Assembly (NCBI GenBank): GCA_964597575.1
Contig: CAZQXB010000001.1
Span: 778,892-842,891, forward strand
Direction: 5' to 3'
DNA length: 64,000 bases
Source of the DNA: an uncultured Gammaproteobacteria bacterium
Lineage (GTDB): Bacteria > Patescibacteriota > Patescibacteriia > Magasanikbacterales > UBA922
Positions 39,300-48,648 of this stretch are shown here, one piece after another. Numbering within the stretch: the stretch's first letter is position 1; the number at the start of each line of letters is the position of its first letter. The notes beneath the pieces were generated by a model. That model saw only the letters and a list, made by a program, of their open reading frames with translations. It made no database searches and was not told the origin of the DNA. Position numbers and translations under genes: made by a program.

Positions 39300-40065
39300 A
39301 AAGAATAGTCAGATTTTTTATGGAAATCCAAAGCGGCATCCGCCTTGAAGCATGTTCTTTGGCAAACACTTCTGGTACGGGTTCCTGAATACGTCGGCCG
39401 ATACCCGTGTAGGTTAGTCTTCGTTTACGACCCCGAGTTCCGCCTGAACTGTACGCAGCATCATCAAGAGGCGAGCGAGTAAGATGTGAGACATGCCAGT
39501 AACGCTCTTTCATCCACAACACCTCTGCCACCTCAAAAAAAACGTGATTCTCGCTATCACGGAGCATATCGTGGTCATAATCCCCTGCCCAATGCACTCC
39601 TCGTGTTTTTTTAAATGCTCGCGGAGAAAACCAACCCTGCTTCCCAAGCATATGGTACGCACCCTCTTTGCGTGTCTCGTGGAAAATATCACCAACGCAC
39701 AGATAAAACGGCACGATAACACACTCTGCATTAGGCTGACTGATTAAACGGAGCAGCTCTTCCCCTCCGCGTTTCGTCCAAATCTCATCTCCGTCAACAA
39801 TAAGGCACCACTCGGTATTTGTTCTTTCAATCATTTCTTGCCGAAGCGCGGTATGGCGCACACGGTCACACGGCCCCTTCTCTTCAAAAAGAATTTTTTC
39901 TGGAAACTCTCTCCTGACTCGCTCAATAATTTCAACCGTTGCGTCGGTTGATCCGGTATCAAATACCATGACTTGGTCGGCAAATGAAACAACCGAACGA
40001 AGTACGGCTTCAATAAAACACTCTTCATTTACGACAATACAGTGGACTGTAAATTTCGAAGGCAT
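39268..40065 (-). CDS. Glycosyltransferase family 2-like protein
   Basis: 265 aa with MVFDTGSTDAT and IVDGDEIW (DxD). Confidence 0.65.
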   Translation of the reverse strand: MPSKFTVHCIVVNEECFIEAVLRSVVSFADQVMVFDTGSTDATVEIIERVRREFPEKILFEEKGPCDRVRHTALRQEMIERTNTEWCLIVDGDEIWTKRGGEELLRLISQPNAECVIVPFYLCVGDIFHETRKEGAYHMLGKQGWFSPRAFKKTRGVHWAGDYDHDMLRDSENHVFFEVAEVLWMKERYWHVSHLTRSPLDDAAYSSGGTRGRKRRLTYTGIGRRIQEPVPEVFAKEHASRRMPLWISIKNLTILFVKRARRYVS

Positions 40066-40067
40066 AC

Positions 40068-41399
40068 TTACAAAGTAACAAGTGTTTTTCTCCGACGAAC
40101 ATACTCTGCGGCCACAACAGTATAGACATTCATAAGAAAGACTGTTCCAAAAAACGAGAAACTTGCTCCAATCACCCCAAATTGGGGAATAAGCACCATG
40201 TTAGCGCCAATCGTAATTGCAAGCTGAAGCACTCCTCCAATAGCAAGCACTTTCGTTGCATTTAATGCTGAAATCATGAGTGACCATGGCAGGGCAAGAA
40301 AATTGAGCAAAATACTATAACTCAAAATAACATAGACATTCATGGAGGCTGCGTACTCCGGCCCAAAAAGAAGAGGGAGAAAAACTTTAGACGGATAAAT
40401 AAAAAGTGCCAAACAAATTACTAAGGGGATAATTTTTCGATACATTGCTTTAAGCAATGTTTGCATTTCTAATACCGTTGCTTTCGCACTCATTTTTGGT
40501 GCAAGAACTGTTGTAAGCGACTGCAGCATATAGGTATAGAACACAATGAGTTGCATGCCGGCACTGTAAATGGCCACGTCTTTTACCGATAAATACCGAC
40601 TGATGAGTGTTTGATCAACCCGAGAGGCAATGATAATAAGAAAAGACCATATCATAACCCAAACACTAAACGAAAAAAGTTTCTGCCTCATTATAGCAAC
40701 CTCCTCGGAAGGAATAATGGTCCGTGAAAATCCTTTGGGTAACTGAGGAAGAGTTCCCAAAGTAACAAGCCACGGCACCGTAATATAGGCAAGAAGGAGG
40801 AGGCGAAGATCAAGAACCCCACAAAATACTAAACCCGCCACAAAAACAAACCGCAAAGTCCCTTTTATGGCATTCACTCGGGCAGCCGCCAAAAAACGTT
40901 GCGTCGCTTGCAAATAGACACTAATTGCTGCCGATAAAATAACCCCTCCCACGCCGAGAAAGGCGAGTTGAAAATACGGAGTGAGTGCTTCTTCATGATA
41001 CAAATGACGCGCTAACACCCCGGAGAGCAAAAGTCCACCAAGGGTAATACACAGAGTAAGGAAAAGGCGCCAACGCCACATCAATTTCACAAGGACCTTT
41101 AGTTTACTTTCTTCATGCTGGGCATAATAGTACGATGCAAAACGAAGAAAAGCGGCATTTAATCCAAAATCTGACAAATCGGTTACAGCCCCCAACACCA
41201 GAAGCGCCAACCCAAACATACCAAAAGCTTCTTGGGAAGTACTTCTTGCTAAAACTAAATTGGTCGCAAAAAGAGCAACATTATTTACAAACGAGCCAAT
41301 ATACACAACCGAAACATCACGGAACGCTTTCAGTTGAAATGTATTTCGAAGCACCTGAAACATACAGCTAATCAATAACCCGCTCTCCGTTTGTTGCAT
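40068..41399 (-). CDS. Oligosaccharide flippase (Wzx / polysaccharide biosynthesis protein, MOP superfamily)
   Basis: 443 aa with about 12 TM helices and a Wzx-like N-terminal region. Confidence 0.7.
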   Translation of the reverse strand: MQQTESGLLISCMFQVLRNTFQLKAFRDVSVVYIGSFVNNVALFATNLVLARSTSQEAFGMFGLALLVLGAVTDLSDFGLNAAFLRFASYYYAQHEESKLKVLVKLMWRWRLFLTLCITLGGLLLSGVLARHLYHEEALTPYFQLAFLGVGGVILSAAISVYLQATQRFLAAARVNAIKGTLRFVFVAGLVFCGVLDLRLLLLAYITVPWLVTLGTLPQLPKGFSRTIIPSEEVAIMRQKLFSFSVWVMIWSFLIIIASRVDQTLISRYLSVKDVAIYSAGMQLIVFYTYMLQSLTTVLAPKMSAKATVLEMQTLLKAMYRKIIPLVICLALFIYPSKVFLPLLFGPEYAASMNVYVILSYSILLNFLALPWSLMISALNATKVLAIGGVLQLAITIGANMVLIPQFGVIGASFSFFGTVFLMNVYTVVAAEYVRRRKTLVTL

Positions 41400-42114
41400 C
41401 TTCCCCTTCTACCCCAAGAAAAGAGTGAGAGACTACCCGGGTTCCTGACCAATACGCAGGCAAAAGAAATTCGGCCGGATAATCAAGAAGTGCAAAAGGA
41501 AGTGAAGACCACAGGGCCCGACGCCACCGCCAAAATTCGTAGCCAGGAAACCCATAGGCACGGGTCGAGAGATACTTAGGGCGGAGAAGCCGACCATGAA
41601 GCCCTGGCCCCTCCCAAGACGTAAGAGTGGCTTTAGGGGTAAGGATATAGCGTCCGCTCACCTTATAATACCACGATGCGCCTTTTGGTATGGTAGGGGC
41701 GAGCGCTAAAAGCATGGCAATTTCACCGAGACTTTTGAGCCGACTATCAACCAGGCGTCGCACCAGCCAGTGCTTTCCAACATGAACCACGCGAATGTCT
41801 GTATCTTCTAAAAGCTCTAGGGGTAATTTAGAGCTTCCCTCTGCCACAATAATACTGACTTTCCCAAAAAGACGTTTCACTGAAGCAATGGTTTCTTTGG
41901 TCTGTTTCAGCCGATCGAGAGGCGCATACACCGAGCGGACTGGCGTGTAGCTGAGGGGTTTTGTTGTCGGCTGGATAACCGACGTAATTATGACACACGG
42001 CGAAGCACTCGTCGTCGGTCGAGACCGCTTCCAAAACAACGCAGCCACAAAAACCATGACTTGCCACGGCCAAACCACACACACTCGGTACAGTTGTCGA
42101 AAAACAAAAAACAT
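41368..42114 (-). CDS. Hypothetical protein (N-terminal TM; possible nucleotide-sugar transferase fold)
   Basis: 248 aa with no confident family match. Confidence 0.45.
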   Translation of the reverse strand: MFFVFRQLYRVCVVWPWQVMVFVAALFWKRSRPTTSASPCVIITSVIQPTTKPLSYTPVRSVYAPLDRLKQTKETIASVKRLFGKVSIIVAEGSSKLPLELLEDTDIRVVHVGKHWLVRRLVDSRLKSLGEIAMLLALAPTIPKGASWYYKVSGRYILTPKATLTSWEGPGLHGRLLRPKYLSTRAYGFPGYEFWRWRRALWSSLPFALLDYPAEFLLPAYWSGTRVVSHSFLGVEGEDATNGERVID

Positions 42115-42123
42115 ACGAATGTC

Positions 42124-42792
42124 TTACCCCTCTCGTTTGGCTTGATAGATAAACTGAATTGCAAAAAATTCTGGAAATGAATGAAGAAGGGGTTTGAGTG
42201 GATACCCGAGGCGACGCAAAAATCGCTCGTGCGATCCTGAACAGGGACGCGCAGACTCTACCAGATATCCCGCACTCTGTATCATCTCAGTCGCCGTTTT
42301 TTTGGTAAAAAAACGAAGGTGCGTTCGATCAAGAATTCCTGCATCCTCATAGGTAAAACGACCACAAAGGAGAGCTTTACGAATAGAGTAATGTGCAATG
42401 TTTGGCATGGAGATCACCAGTTTTCCTTGTGGAGCAAGGAGGGGCCGAAGACGTTGAAGTACTTTGACTGGGTCAACCATGTGTTCAAGAACGTCTGCCA
42501 AAAAAAGAACGTCAAATTGACCGGCCTCTGCTGCATGCCGCTCAATAAATTCTTCCACCGTCTCTTGAAATAACTTCGCATACCCAACACTTGAGGCATC
42601 ACGAAAAAGGGTCTCAACCGGCTCAATTCCCCACACCTCACACTTTTTTTCATGAATAAGGTACTCCCCCATATATCCACTTGCTGTTCCAACCTCAAGA
42701 ACACGGCTCTTCGCAGGAACTGTTTCTAAAAGAAGCTGGTGTGTACTAAACGGAGCAGGGTCGTATCGATATGTTCTTTTGGAATTATTCAT
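42124..42792 (-). CDS. Class I SAM-dependent methyltransferase
   Basis: 222 aa with VLEVGTASGYMG, DVLFLADVLEHM and ISMPN. Confidence 0.75.
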   Translation of the reverse strand: MNNSKRTYRYDPAPFSTHQLLLETVPAKSRVLEVGTASGYMGEYLIHEKKCEVWGIEPVETLFRDASSVGYAKLFQETVEEFIERHAAEAGQFDVLFLADVLEHMVDPVKVLQRLRPLLAPQGKLVISMPNIAHYSIRKALLCGRFTYEDAGILDRTHLRFFTKKTATEMIQSAGYLVESARPCSGSHERFLRRLGYPLKPLLHSFPEFFAIQFIYQAKREG

Positions 42793-44311
42793 AGAGGGTC
42801 TGTTTTACTCGGGCACGAATAAGTAAAAAGAGTGGATACCCCCACACACCGAGAGCGACTATGGCACCGAACCAAAAAAACGGAGTTGGGTCATTGTGTA
42901 TGGACGTGTTTGAGATGAACCACAAGGGATAAAAGAAAAACGGTGCGGAACATATCCAAATCCACAGTCGTTTCGGCAGGCGAATAAGGTTCCGGCGTAT
43001 ACAGTACCAAGCAAACGGCAAAAGCCACGCAGTATACCACGGCCAAAAAGATTTTTGCCAAACCATAAGGAAAACGAGGAAGGAAAGAGTGATTGCACCT
43101 ACGGTCTGTTCTTCACCCCACACCGTTCGAAAGAAAAGTGCCTGAAATGCTTTTTTTATCAGTGGCCAAAGGAGCCAGACAAGAAGAACGAAGAGTGTGC
43201 CTTGAACACCCCGAGTTAAATACCAGTGGTATCCTTCACCAAGAAGCGACTGTGACAGTGGTTTTAATCCGTAGTATACAGTGGAAAATAAACTCATGAC
43301 CGCCCATTTTGACTGCATGAGAATAGGGGTAAACACTTTTGGACCATTCCAATATGGTGCCCACGCGGCAACAGTGAGAACGGTTACGACGCCACCCCCG
43401 AGGAGCAGATCTTTCAAGCGCACTGACCAATTTTTTCCCGTATCCTGCCACCACCACAAGAAAAACCATGGTGCTGTAAAAAGCGGAAGAAATTTAAGCC
43501 ACACCCCAACCATCAAAATCCCCGCCACAAAAACCCACTGACGGCTCCGAGCAAAAATGATTGCTAACAAAACAGTGATCACCCACAGCGCATCAAAGTG
43601 ACCATTCGTCACCCATTCAAAAAGAAGAATCGGAAAAAAGAGAAGCCAAATTTTTTTTTGAGATGTTGGTACTTCCTTTTCCAAAAGTTGTGAAAGGAGA
43701 AAAACTAAAAAAATCAAAGCTCCCACCATGAGCATCTTCCACAAAAAGAGAAATAAAAATGGATTTCCTTGGCTCGCTTTTTCTACGAGCACAAAAAGGT
43801 CAGCTGCAAGCGGACCGTACGAAAAGCCATGCACCGTGCTATCGGGCAAAGTATTCCCCGCAAACACATAGGAACGAGGCCAGGATTCGACAAACGGGTT
43901 CACCCCCTCAAGAATAGCTTGCCCTGCGGCTCGATAATACGTCATGTCGCTTGAACCGAGCGGAACAATAAGAAACGCAAGGCAGGCCACCAGTGGAAAA
44001 AGCCAACGATAGGTTGCTTTAGAAAAAAGCTCCTCCCTCTTTAAAAGAAAAGTGGTGGCGCCAGCAAAGAGTATTCCGACAAAAATAAGAAGAGCACCAA
44101 TACCCACAGCCTGGAGAGTAGTCGTTGGGGCCTGGCAGGTGAGCCAACCCACTTGCCACGCGCAAACACCGACAAGCGAACGGTACCACAAAAAAAGTGA
44201 CGGCACAGCAAGAATACCAAAGCCAAACAGAAGGGTGAGAAGTGGGGCCTCGCGGCGAAGACGAGCGATCATAGAGGACGACGAATAGTGGCAATAAGAG
44301 ATACCCCCCAA
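42785..44311 (-). CDS. Polytopic membrane protein, putative GT-C type glycosyltransferase (hypothetical)
   Basis: 508 aa with about 13 TM helices and Trp-rich loops. Confidence 0.5.
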   Translation of the reverse strand: MGGISYCHYSSSSMIARLRREAPLLTLLFGFGILAVPSLFLWYRSLVGVCAWQVGWLTCQAPTTTLQAVGIGALLIFVGILFAGATTFLLKREELFSKATYRWLFPLVACLAFLIVPLGSSDMTYYRAAGQAILEGVNPFVESWPRSYVFAGNTLPDSTVHGFSYGPLAADLFVLVEKASQGNPFLFLFLWKMLMVGALIFLVFLLSQLLEKEVPTSQKKIWLLFFPILLFEWVTNGHFDALWVITVLLAIIFARSRQWVFVAGILMVGVWLKFLPLFTAPWFFLWWWQDTGKNWSVRLKDLLLGGGVVTVLTVAAWAPYWNGPKVFTPILMQSKWAVMSLFSTVYYGLKPLSQSLLGEGYHWYLTRGVQGTLFVLLVWLLWPLIKKAFQALFFRTVWGEEQTVGAITLSFLVFLMVWQKSFWPWYTAWLLPFAWYCIRRNLIRLPKRLWIWICSAPFFFYPLWFISNTSIHNDPTPFFWFGAIVALGVWGYPLFLLIRARVKQTLYE

Positions 44312-45009
44312 GGAAGTGTGCCGAGAAGACGAAACATCCCGTATTCAAAAAAATAAGGAATACTCATGACTCCGGAAATAAATGGTGACACTGGCCGGAC
44401 GTCTGACGTTTTTTTCTCTTTTTGAAACAAACGCATATACTGCCGAACCAAGACTACCCCCGGCAAAATAGTGGCATGAATCCAGCCAATACGGCTTTCT
44501 TTCGCAACGGAAGTAATCAGCGAGCGGAATGTCTTTTTAGTATACCGACGCTTATGGTGCAGAGCTACGTCGTGATACGACCAAAGGCTTGGGTGAGCCG
44601 GAACCGTGACCACAATAGTGCCGCCCGGCTTTACGACGCGATACAATTCCTTCATGACCTGCTCATCGTTATCGACATGCTCAATCATATCAAGCGCCGT
44701 AACGACATCAAATGACGCATCAGGGAATGGCAAGGCCGTAGCCTCTCCGAGGGTAACTCGCTGGCCTTTTTTTTCACAAAATGACTTTGCAAGAGGACTC
44801 ATATCAAGACCTTCAGCCGCAAAACCAAGCTCACTCAATTCTAAAAGAACTGCCCCGGTGCCACACCCCACATCGAGTGCCCGAAGTGAGCCTTCTGACG
44901 CACGAACCCCATTGTGTTCTAGGGCGAGACGCAAAAAATGACGCTTGGCTTTAAACCACCAATGGTCCTGCTCCAAAATATTCATTGATGCGTACTCCTC
45001 TTGTTCCAT
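44269..45009 (-). CDS. Class I SAM-dependent methyltransferase
   Basis: 246 aa with ALDVGCGTG, DVVTALDMIEHV and VKPGGTIVV. Confidence 0.75.
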   Translation of the reverse strand: MEQEEYASMNILEQDHWWFKAKRHFLRLALEHNGVRASEGSLRALDVGCGTGAVLLELSELGFAAEGLDMSPLAKSFCEKKGQRVTLGEATALPFPDASFDVVTALDMIEHVDNDEQVMKELYRVVKPGGTIVVTVPAHPSLWSYHDVALHHKRRYTKKTFRSLITSVAKESRIGWIHATILPGVVLVRQYMRLFQKEKKTSDVRPVSPFISGVMSIPYFFEYGMFRLLGTLPWGVSLIATIRRPL

Positions 45010-45012
45010 AGC

Positions 45013-45771
45013 CTAACGATATTTACCACTGACACGGTTCGATAGCATTTGCCCGAGTTCCTGAAGCGAGCGAATAACGGCCTGAAATACTTTTACCCGG
45101 GAATCATCATCGTGGGCCCAAGCAACCGGCATTTGACGAACAGGGATTTTGTGAATATGCGCGATATAAAGAAGCTCGGTATCAAACCCCCAGCGATCAA
45201 TGCGAGCCCGAGGAAAAATGACATCAGCCGCATCCCTATGAAACGCTTTAAACCCGCACGTAAAATCTTTAATTCCTGGAACCAAAAGGTTAGAAAGTTT
45301 CGTAAAACCATGACCCAAAAAGGTACGGATCGATGACTCACTTTTTTGAATTGCGGAACCCTCCAATCGCCGACTCCCGATAACAATACGATCGGTTGGC
45401 GCCAGGACCTCCAAAAGATGATTAAATTCAGTAAGTGGAGTCGCGAGATCGATATCAAAAAATAAAACCCACTCACCTTTTGCATGTTTTGCCCCTTGTC
45501 GGACCGCGTATCCTTTCCCGTGGTTTTCAGAATAGGTGACAAGTTCGAACTGATATCTTTTCTGATACTCACGAAGCATTTTTTCTGTCTCATCTTTTGA
45601 TCCGTCATTCACAAAAAGAATTTCTACCGGCATCGGCACTGATTGAAAAAAAGAAAAAATCTGGTCAATCGTCTTAGGGATACGTCGTGTTTCGTTATAC
45701 ACCGGAATAACAATAGAAAAACGCGGTCGCTCCATATTAATTAAGAGAATATTTCTTGATAAGCTCTTCAC
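45013..45771 (-). CDS. Glycosyltransferase family 2 (polyprenol-phosphate sugar synthase-like)
   Basis: 252 aa with IVIPVYNE, VNDGSKDET and FDIDLATP. Confidence 0.8.
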   Translation of the reverse strand: MKSLSRNILLINMERPRFSIVIPVYNETRRIPKTIDQIFSFFQSVPMPVEILFVNDGSKDETEKMLREYQKRYQFELVTYSENHGKGYAVRQGAKHAKGEWVLFFDIDLATPLTEFNHLLEVLAPTDRIVIGSRRLEGSAIQKSESSIRTFLGHGFTKLSNLLVPGIKDFTCGFKAFHRDAADVIFPRARIDRWGFDTELLYIAHIHKIPVRQMPVAWAHDDDSRVKVFQAVIRSLQELGQMLSNRVSGKYR

Positions 45772-47749
45772 GAGTGGCTCCTAAATCAATACCCGAGGAA
45801 ACTGCGAGATCTAACGTTTTCTTCACTGCTTCTTTTTGACTTGTTACGTCATAGAGCCACAGAAGCCGAATCCAGCTCTCACGAATTTTCGGATCACTCT
45901 CCACGGCCCCCTGAAGCAAGGCCTCGGCTTCGGCAAATTTTCCTAAACGGGTCTTAATCGTAGCAAGCGTAAACGCAAGCTGTTGGCGCTTTGGCGAAAA
46001 AGGGATTGCTTGCTGCATGATCTCTTCAGCCTGAACAAGATATGATTGCTTTCCAGTAAGAACCGCCTGTTGCTCAAAGAGACTCGCCAATTGAATATTA
46101 ATACGCACATCGCGAGGATGAAGTGTGTGATTTTTTTCAAGCTCAAGAGCAGCTTTTACAAGAAACGCTTCAGCAAGCTCTTTCTGTTTTTGCTCGGCCA
46201 GTGGCCCAGCCACCTCGCCCATCACTCTCCCGACATCGTTACGCACATCATCAATATGTGGCGTAGGGATAGCAAGTGTTTCATCGTAGAGGGCAATAGC
46301 AGCTTGTGGGTTTCCATACACCGCCTGAACCGTTTTGAGCGCAGATTGGTTTGCGCGTTTTGGACTTATGTCCGTACTATATAAAAGTAAAAGTACAATG
46401 ATCCCAGCCCCAAGTACTGACGGCCAAGAAATCGCTTTTTTTGCTTCCCCTGTTTTTGCATGCTCACCCATGACGTAACCTGCGAGAAGAGCTAAAAAGA
46501 AGAAAAACGAAAGATACGAAGTCGGATTTTCAAAAACAAACAAGTTATGAACTAGGTGAGCTACAGTAAACCCGACCATCACAATAGCTGTTGCACTATT
46601 TATTCTTCCCGATTTCACGAGCCTGAAAATGGTATACACGGCAGCAGCAAATAACCCTAAATAACTTGCCACCCCAAGAACCCCCTGCGTCGCGAGGGTA
46701 TTCATGATCACGTTATGGGCATTATCGAACCAGGTTTCTCCATACCCAAACCGTAAAAATTCTGGACGATAAAATTCGTTAAAGGCGTAATAATAATTAT
46801 TCGGCCCCCATCCAAACACCGGTTTTGCTTTCCAGGCCTCAAAAGCCACTTTCCAGGCCATTAAACGGGTGCTTGCCGTCCCCTCAGAAAGCTCAGTGTT
46901 CAAAAGCGGGCCAAGCGAAGGGATCTCGCGGATAAACGAAGTCTGTCGAAACGAAACAAGCAAGGCTAAAACAATGACACCGAGAGCAATAACTCCGAGC
47001 GCAGGACGCCGAACTTTCGCATCAAAACGATACTTCCATAGTGTTAAAATGCTTATAATTCCAAGACCACTGAAAACCCCAAGGAGTGTTCCTCGAGTTC
47101 CACCCATGAAAATACCGAGAAATCCAAGAAAGGCACCAACGAGATAGGCGTATCGAACTGACATTTTAGCCACAGTGTCTTCAAAAAACATCCAGACTCC
47201 GAGAGCTAAAATAAACAAACCGTATCCACTTAAATAAATAGGGTTTCCGAGTGTTGCCGAAACACGGGTTGCCCCACGATTCAAAAACCACTCTGGATCA
47301 ATTTTTTGCCGCACCGCAAGAAGCATGACTAAGCTCCCTACCCCCAAAGCGACACGCTCAAGGAATCTCCAATCTTCTTTTTTCCGAATAACCGAGGAAA
47401 GAATAAGTGCGTAGGCGCCATAATGAAGCAAGGTAAAAAGACCAAGCATGCGCTCGTGGTTATTCCACAAACTTTGGTATGGATCTACTCCGAAAATGGT
47501 CGACAAAAGCCAGCTGAACAAAAAAGCGCACAAAACAAACACGAGGGCGATCTTTTTTGGAGCATACGCTTTTACATCTGAAAAGAGTAAGACGCTATAT
47601 ACTCCGATCATCACAAGAACGACCGAACGAAAAAAAAGAATTTTTGGTACGATAAAAGGAAAGATATAATCCGATGGGAACACCATGAGTGGCACGAGAA
47701 ACGCAATGGCTCCAAGACCAAGAATCACCCTCTCAAGAATTCGCTGCAT
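45737..47749 (-). CDS. O-antigen ligase (Wzy_C) family membrane protein with C-terminal TPR repeats; candidate O-oligosaccharyltransferase
   Basis: 670 aa with about 12 TM helices, a Wzy_C-like periplasmic loop (STRLMAWKVAFEAWKAKPVFGWGPNNY) and a C-terminal roughly 220-aa TPR-like helical region. Confidence 0.75.
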   Translation of the reverse strand: MQRILERVILGLGAIAFLVPLMVFPSDYIFPFIVPKILFFRSVVLVMIGVYSVLLFSDVKAYAPKKIALVFVLCAFLFSWLLSTIFGVDPYQSLWNNHERMLGLFTLLHYGAYALILSSVIRKKEDWRFLERVALGVGSLVMLLAVRQKIDPEWFLNRGATRVSATLGNPIYLSGYGLFILALGVWMFFEDTVAKMSVRYAYLVGAFLGFLGIFMGGTRGTLLGVFSGLGIISILTLWKYRFDAKVRRPALGVIALGVIVLALLVSFRQTSFIREIPSLGPLLNTELSEGTASTRLMAWKVAFEAWKAKPVFGWGPNNYYYAFNEFYRPEFLRFGYGETWFDNAHNVIMNTLATQGVLGVASYLGLFAAAVYTIFRLVKSGRINSATAIVMVGFTVAHLVHNLFVFENPTSYLSFFFFLALLAGYVMGEHAKTGEAKKAISWPSVLGAGIIVLLLLYSTDISPKRANQSALKTVQAVYGNPQAAIALYDETLAIPTPHIDDVRNDVGRVMGEVAGPLAEQKQKELAEAFLVKAALELEKNHTLHPRDVRINIQLASLFEQQAVLTGKQSYLVQAEEIMQQAIPFSPKRQQLAFTLATIKTRLGKFAEAEALLQGAVESDPKIRESWIRLLWLYDVTSQKEAVKKTLDLAVSSGIDLGATREELIKKYSLN

Positions 47750-47752
47750 ACA

Positions 47753-48532
47753 CTAGTAGATATGTTCGTCAAACCAGATTTCTTTGATTGCAACTTCAGC
47801 TTCTTTTACTTGGGCATTTGGAACACTGACCGCAAGATACCAATCATTCAGCACATTCGGAACCACGAGAAGTGATCGTCCGTTTGCATTACTTGTCACC
47901 TTAAATGCAGTATAGTCGCCCAATGTTCCGGCAATAAGCCGGCCAGTCCCCCGTAAACCTAACTGCGTGATAAGCTCAGCCTCTGGAGTTGAGGTGGTGA
48001 GGCAGGAAAAACATTTTGGACTAAACCCTGAAATAGACGGAAGTGCTTCACCCTTTCCATACCACCACACCAGCGTTTCTGTTTTCCCTCGGGCGGTTGA
48101 GGTAACAAAACTCATGCGATAGATATCAATACCTTTTTCTTTTGTAACAACAGGGCTCCCCCACGCTTGGTTGTAGCACATGGTAAGTGATGTTCCGCCG
48201 AGCACATACACCTCATCACCCCGACTCCGGCAGGTATTTGCGAAATCATATCGCACCATAACCAATTCAAATTCCTCTCTACTCGAAACCCGGGCACCAA
48301 AGCGATCACGACAAAACTTTTGTCCCTCATCGAGAACAGGAAATATTGGTGGACAAACACAGTACGGAGCAGTTGAAGTAACATCTCCGCCAGAAGCTTC
48401 GCACGACAGCGCTAAGGTCGCCCGCTCACGTTCACGGGCTTCTTTCTTTATATAGAGATACGAAGAAACGATAAGTACCGAAAAGAAAAGCAGATACCCA
48501 ATACCTTGGAAAATAGAGCGAGGAGAAGTCAT
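47753..48532 (-). CDS. Hypothetical membrane-anchored Cys-rich protein
   Basis: 259 aa with an N-terminal TM helix and at least 10 Cys. It is the first gene after the promoter at 48544-48572. Confidence 0.5.
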   Translation of the reverse strand: MTSPRSIFQGIGYLLFFSVLIVSSYLYIKKEARERERATLALSCEASGGDVTSTAPYCVCPPIFPVLDEGQKFCRDRFGARVSSREEFELVMVRYDFANTCRSRGDEVYVLGGTSLTMCYNQAWGSPVVTKEKGIDIYRMSFVTSTARGKTETLVWWYGKGEALPSISGFSPKCFSCLTTSTPEAELITQLGLRGTGRLIAGTLGDYTAFKVTSNANGRSLLVVPNVLNDWYLAVSVPNAQVKEAEVAIKEIWFDEHIY

Positions 48533-48543
48533 ATAATGACGCC

Positions 48544-48572
48544 ACTATACCATGAGGGAAAGAACCCGTCAA
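48544..48572 (-). promoter_or_regulatory. Near-consensus sigma70 promoter (TTGACG-17-TATAGT) giving a near-leaderless start for the long minus-strand operon
   Basis: On the minus strand, TTGACG (48572-48567), a 17-nt spacer and TATAGT (48549-48544). Only 11 nt separate the -10 from the ATG at 48532. Confidence 0.55.
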
Positions 48573-48589
48573 AAGACCTTTGAACCCTA

Positions 48590-48628
48590 CCCAAAAACAA
48601 AACTCCCCCGCCGAAGCGAGGGAGAATT
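48590..48628 (-). terminator. Strong rho-independent terminator after the giant surface-protein gene
   Basis: The minus strand reads ctccctcgc-ttcg-gcgggggag followed by ttttgttttt. The stem is GC-rich with a UUCG-type loop. Confidence 0.7.
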
Positions 48629-48648
48629 TGTTTCCTATCACGAAAGGA

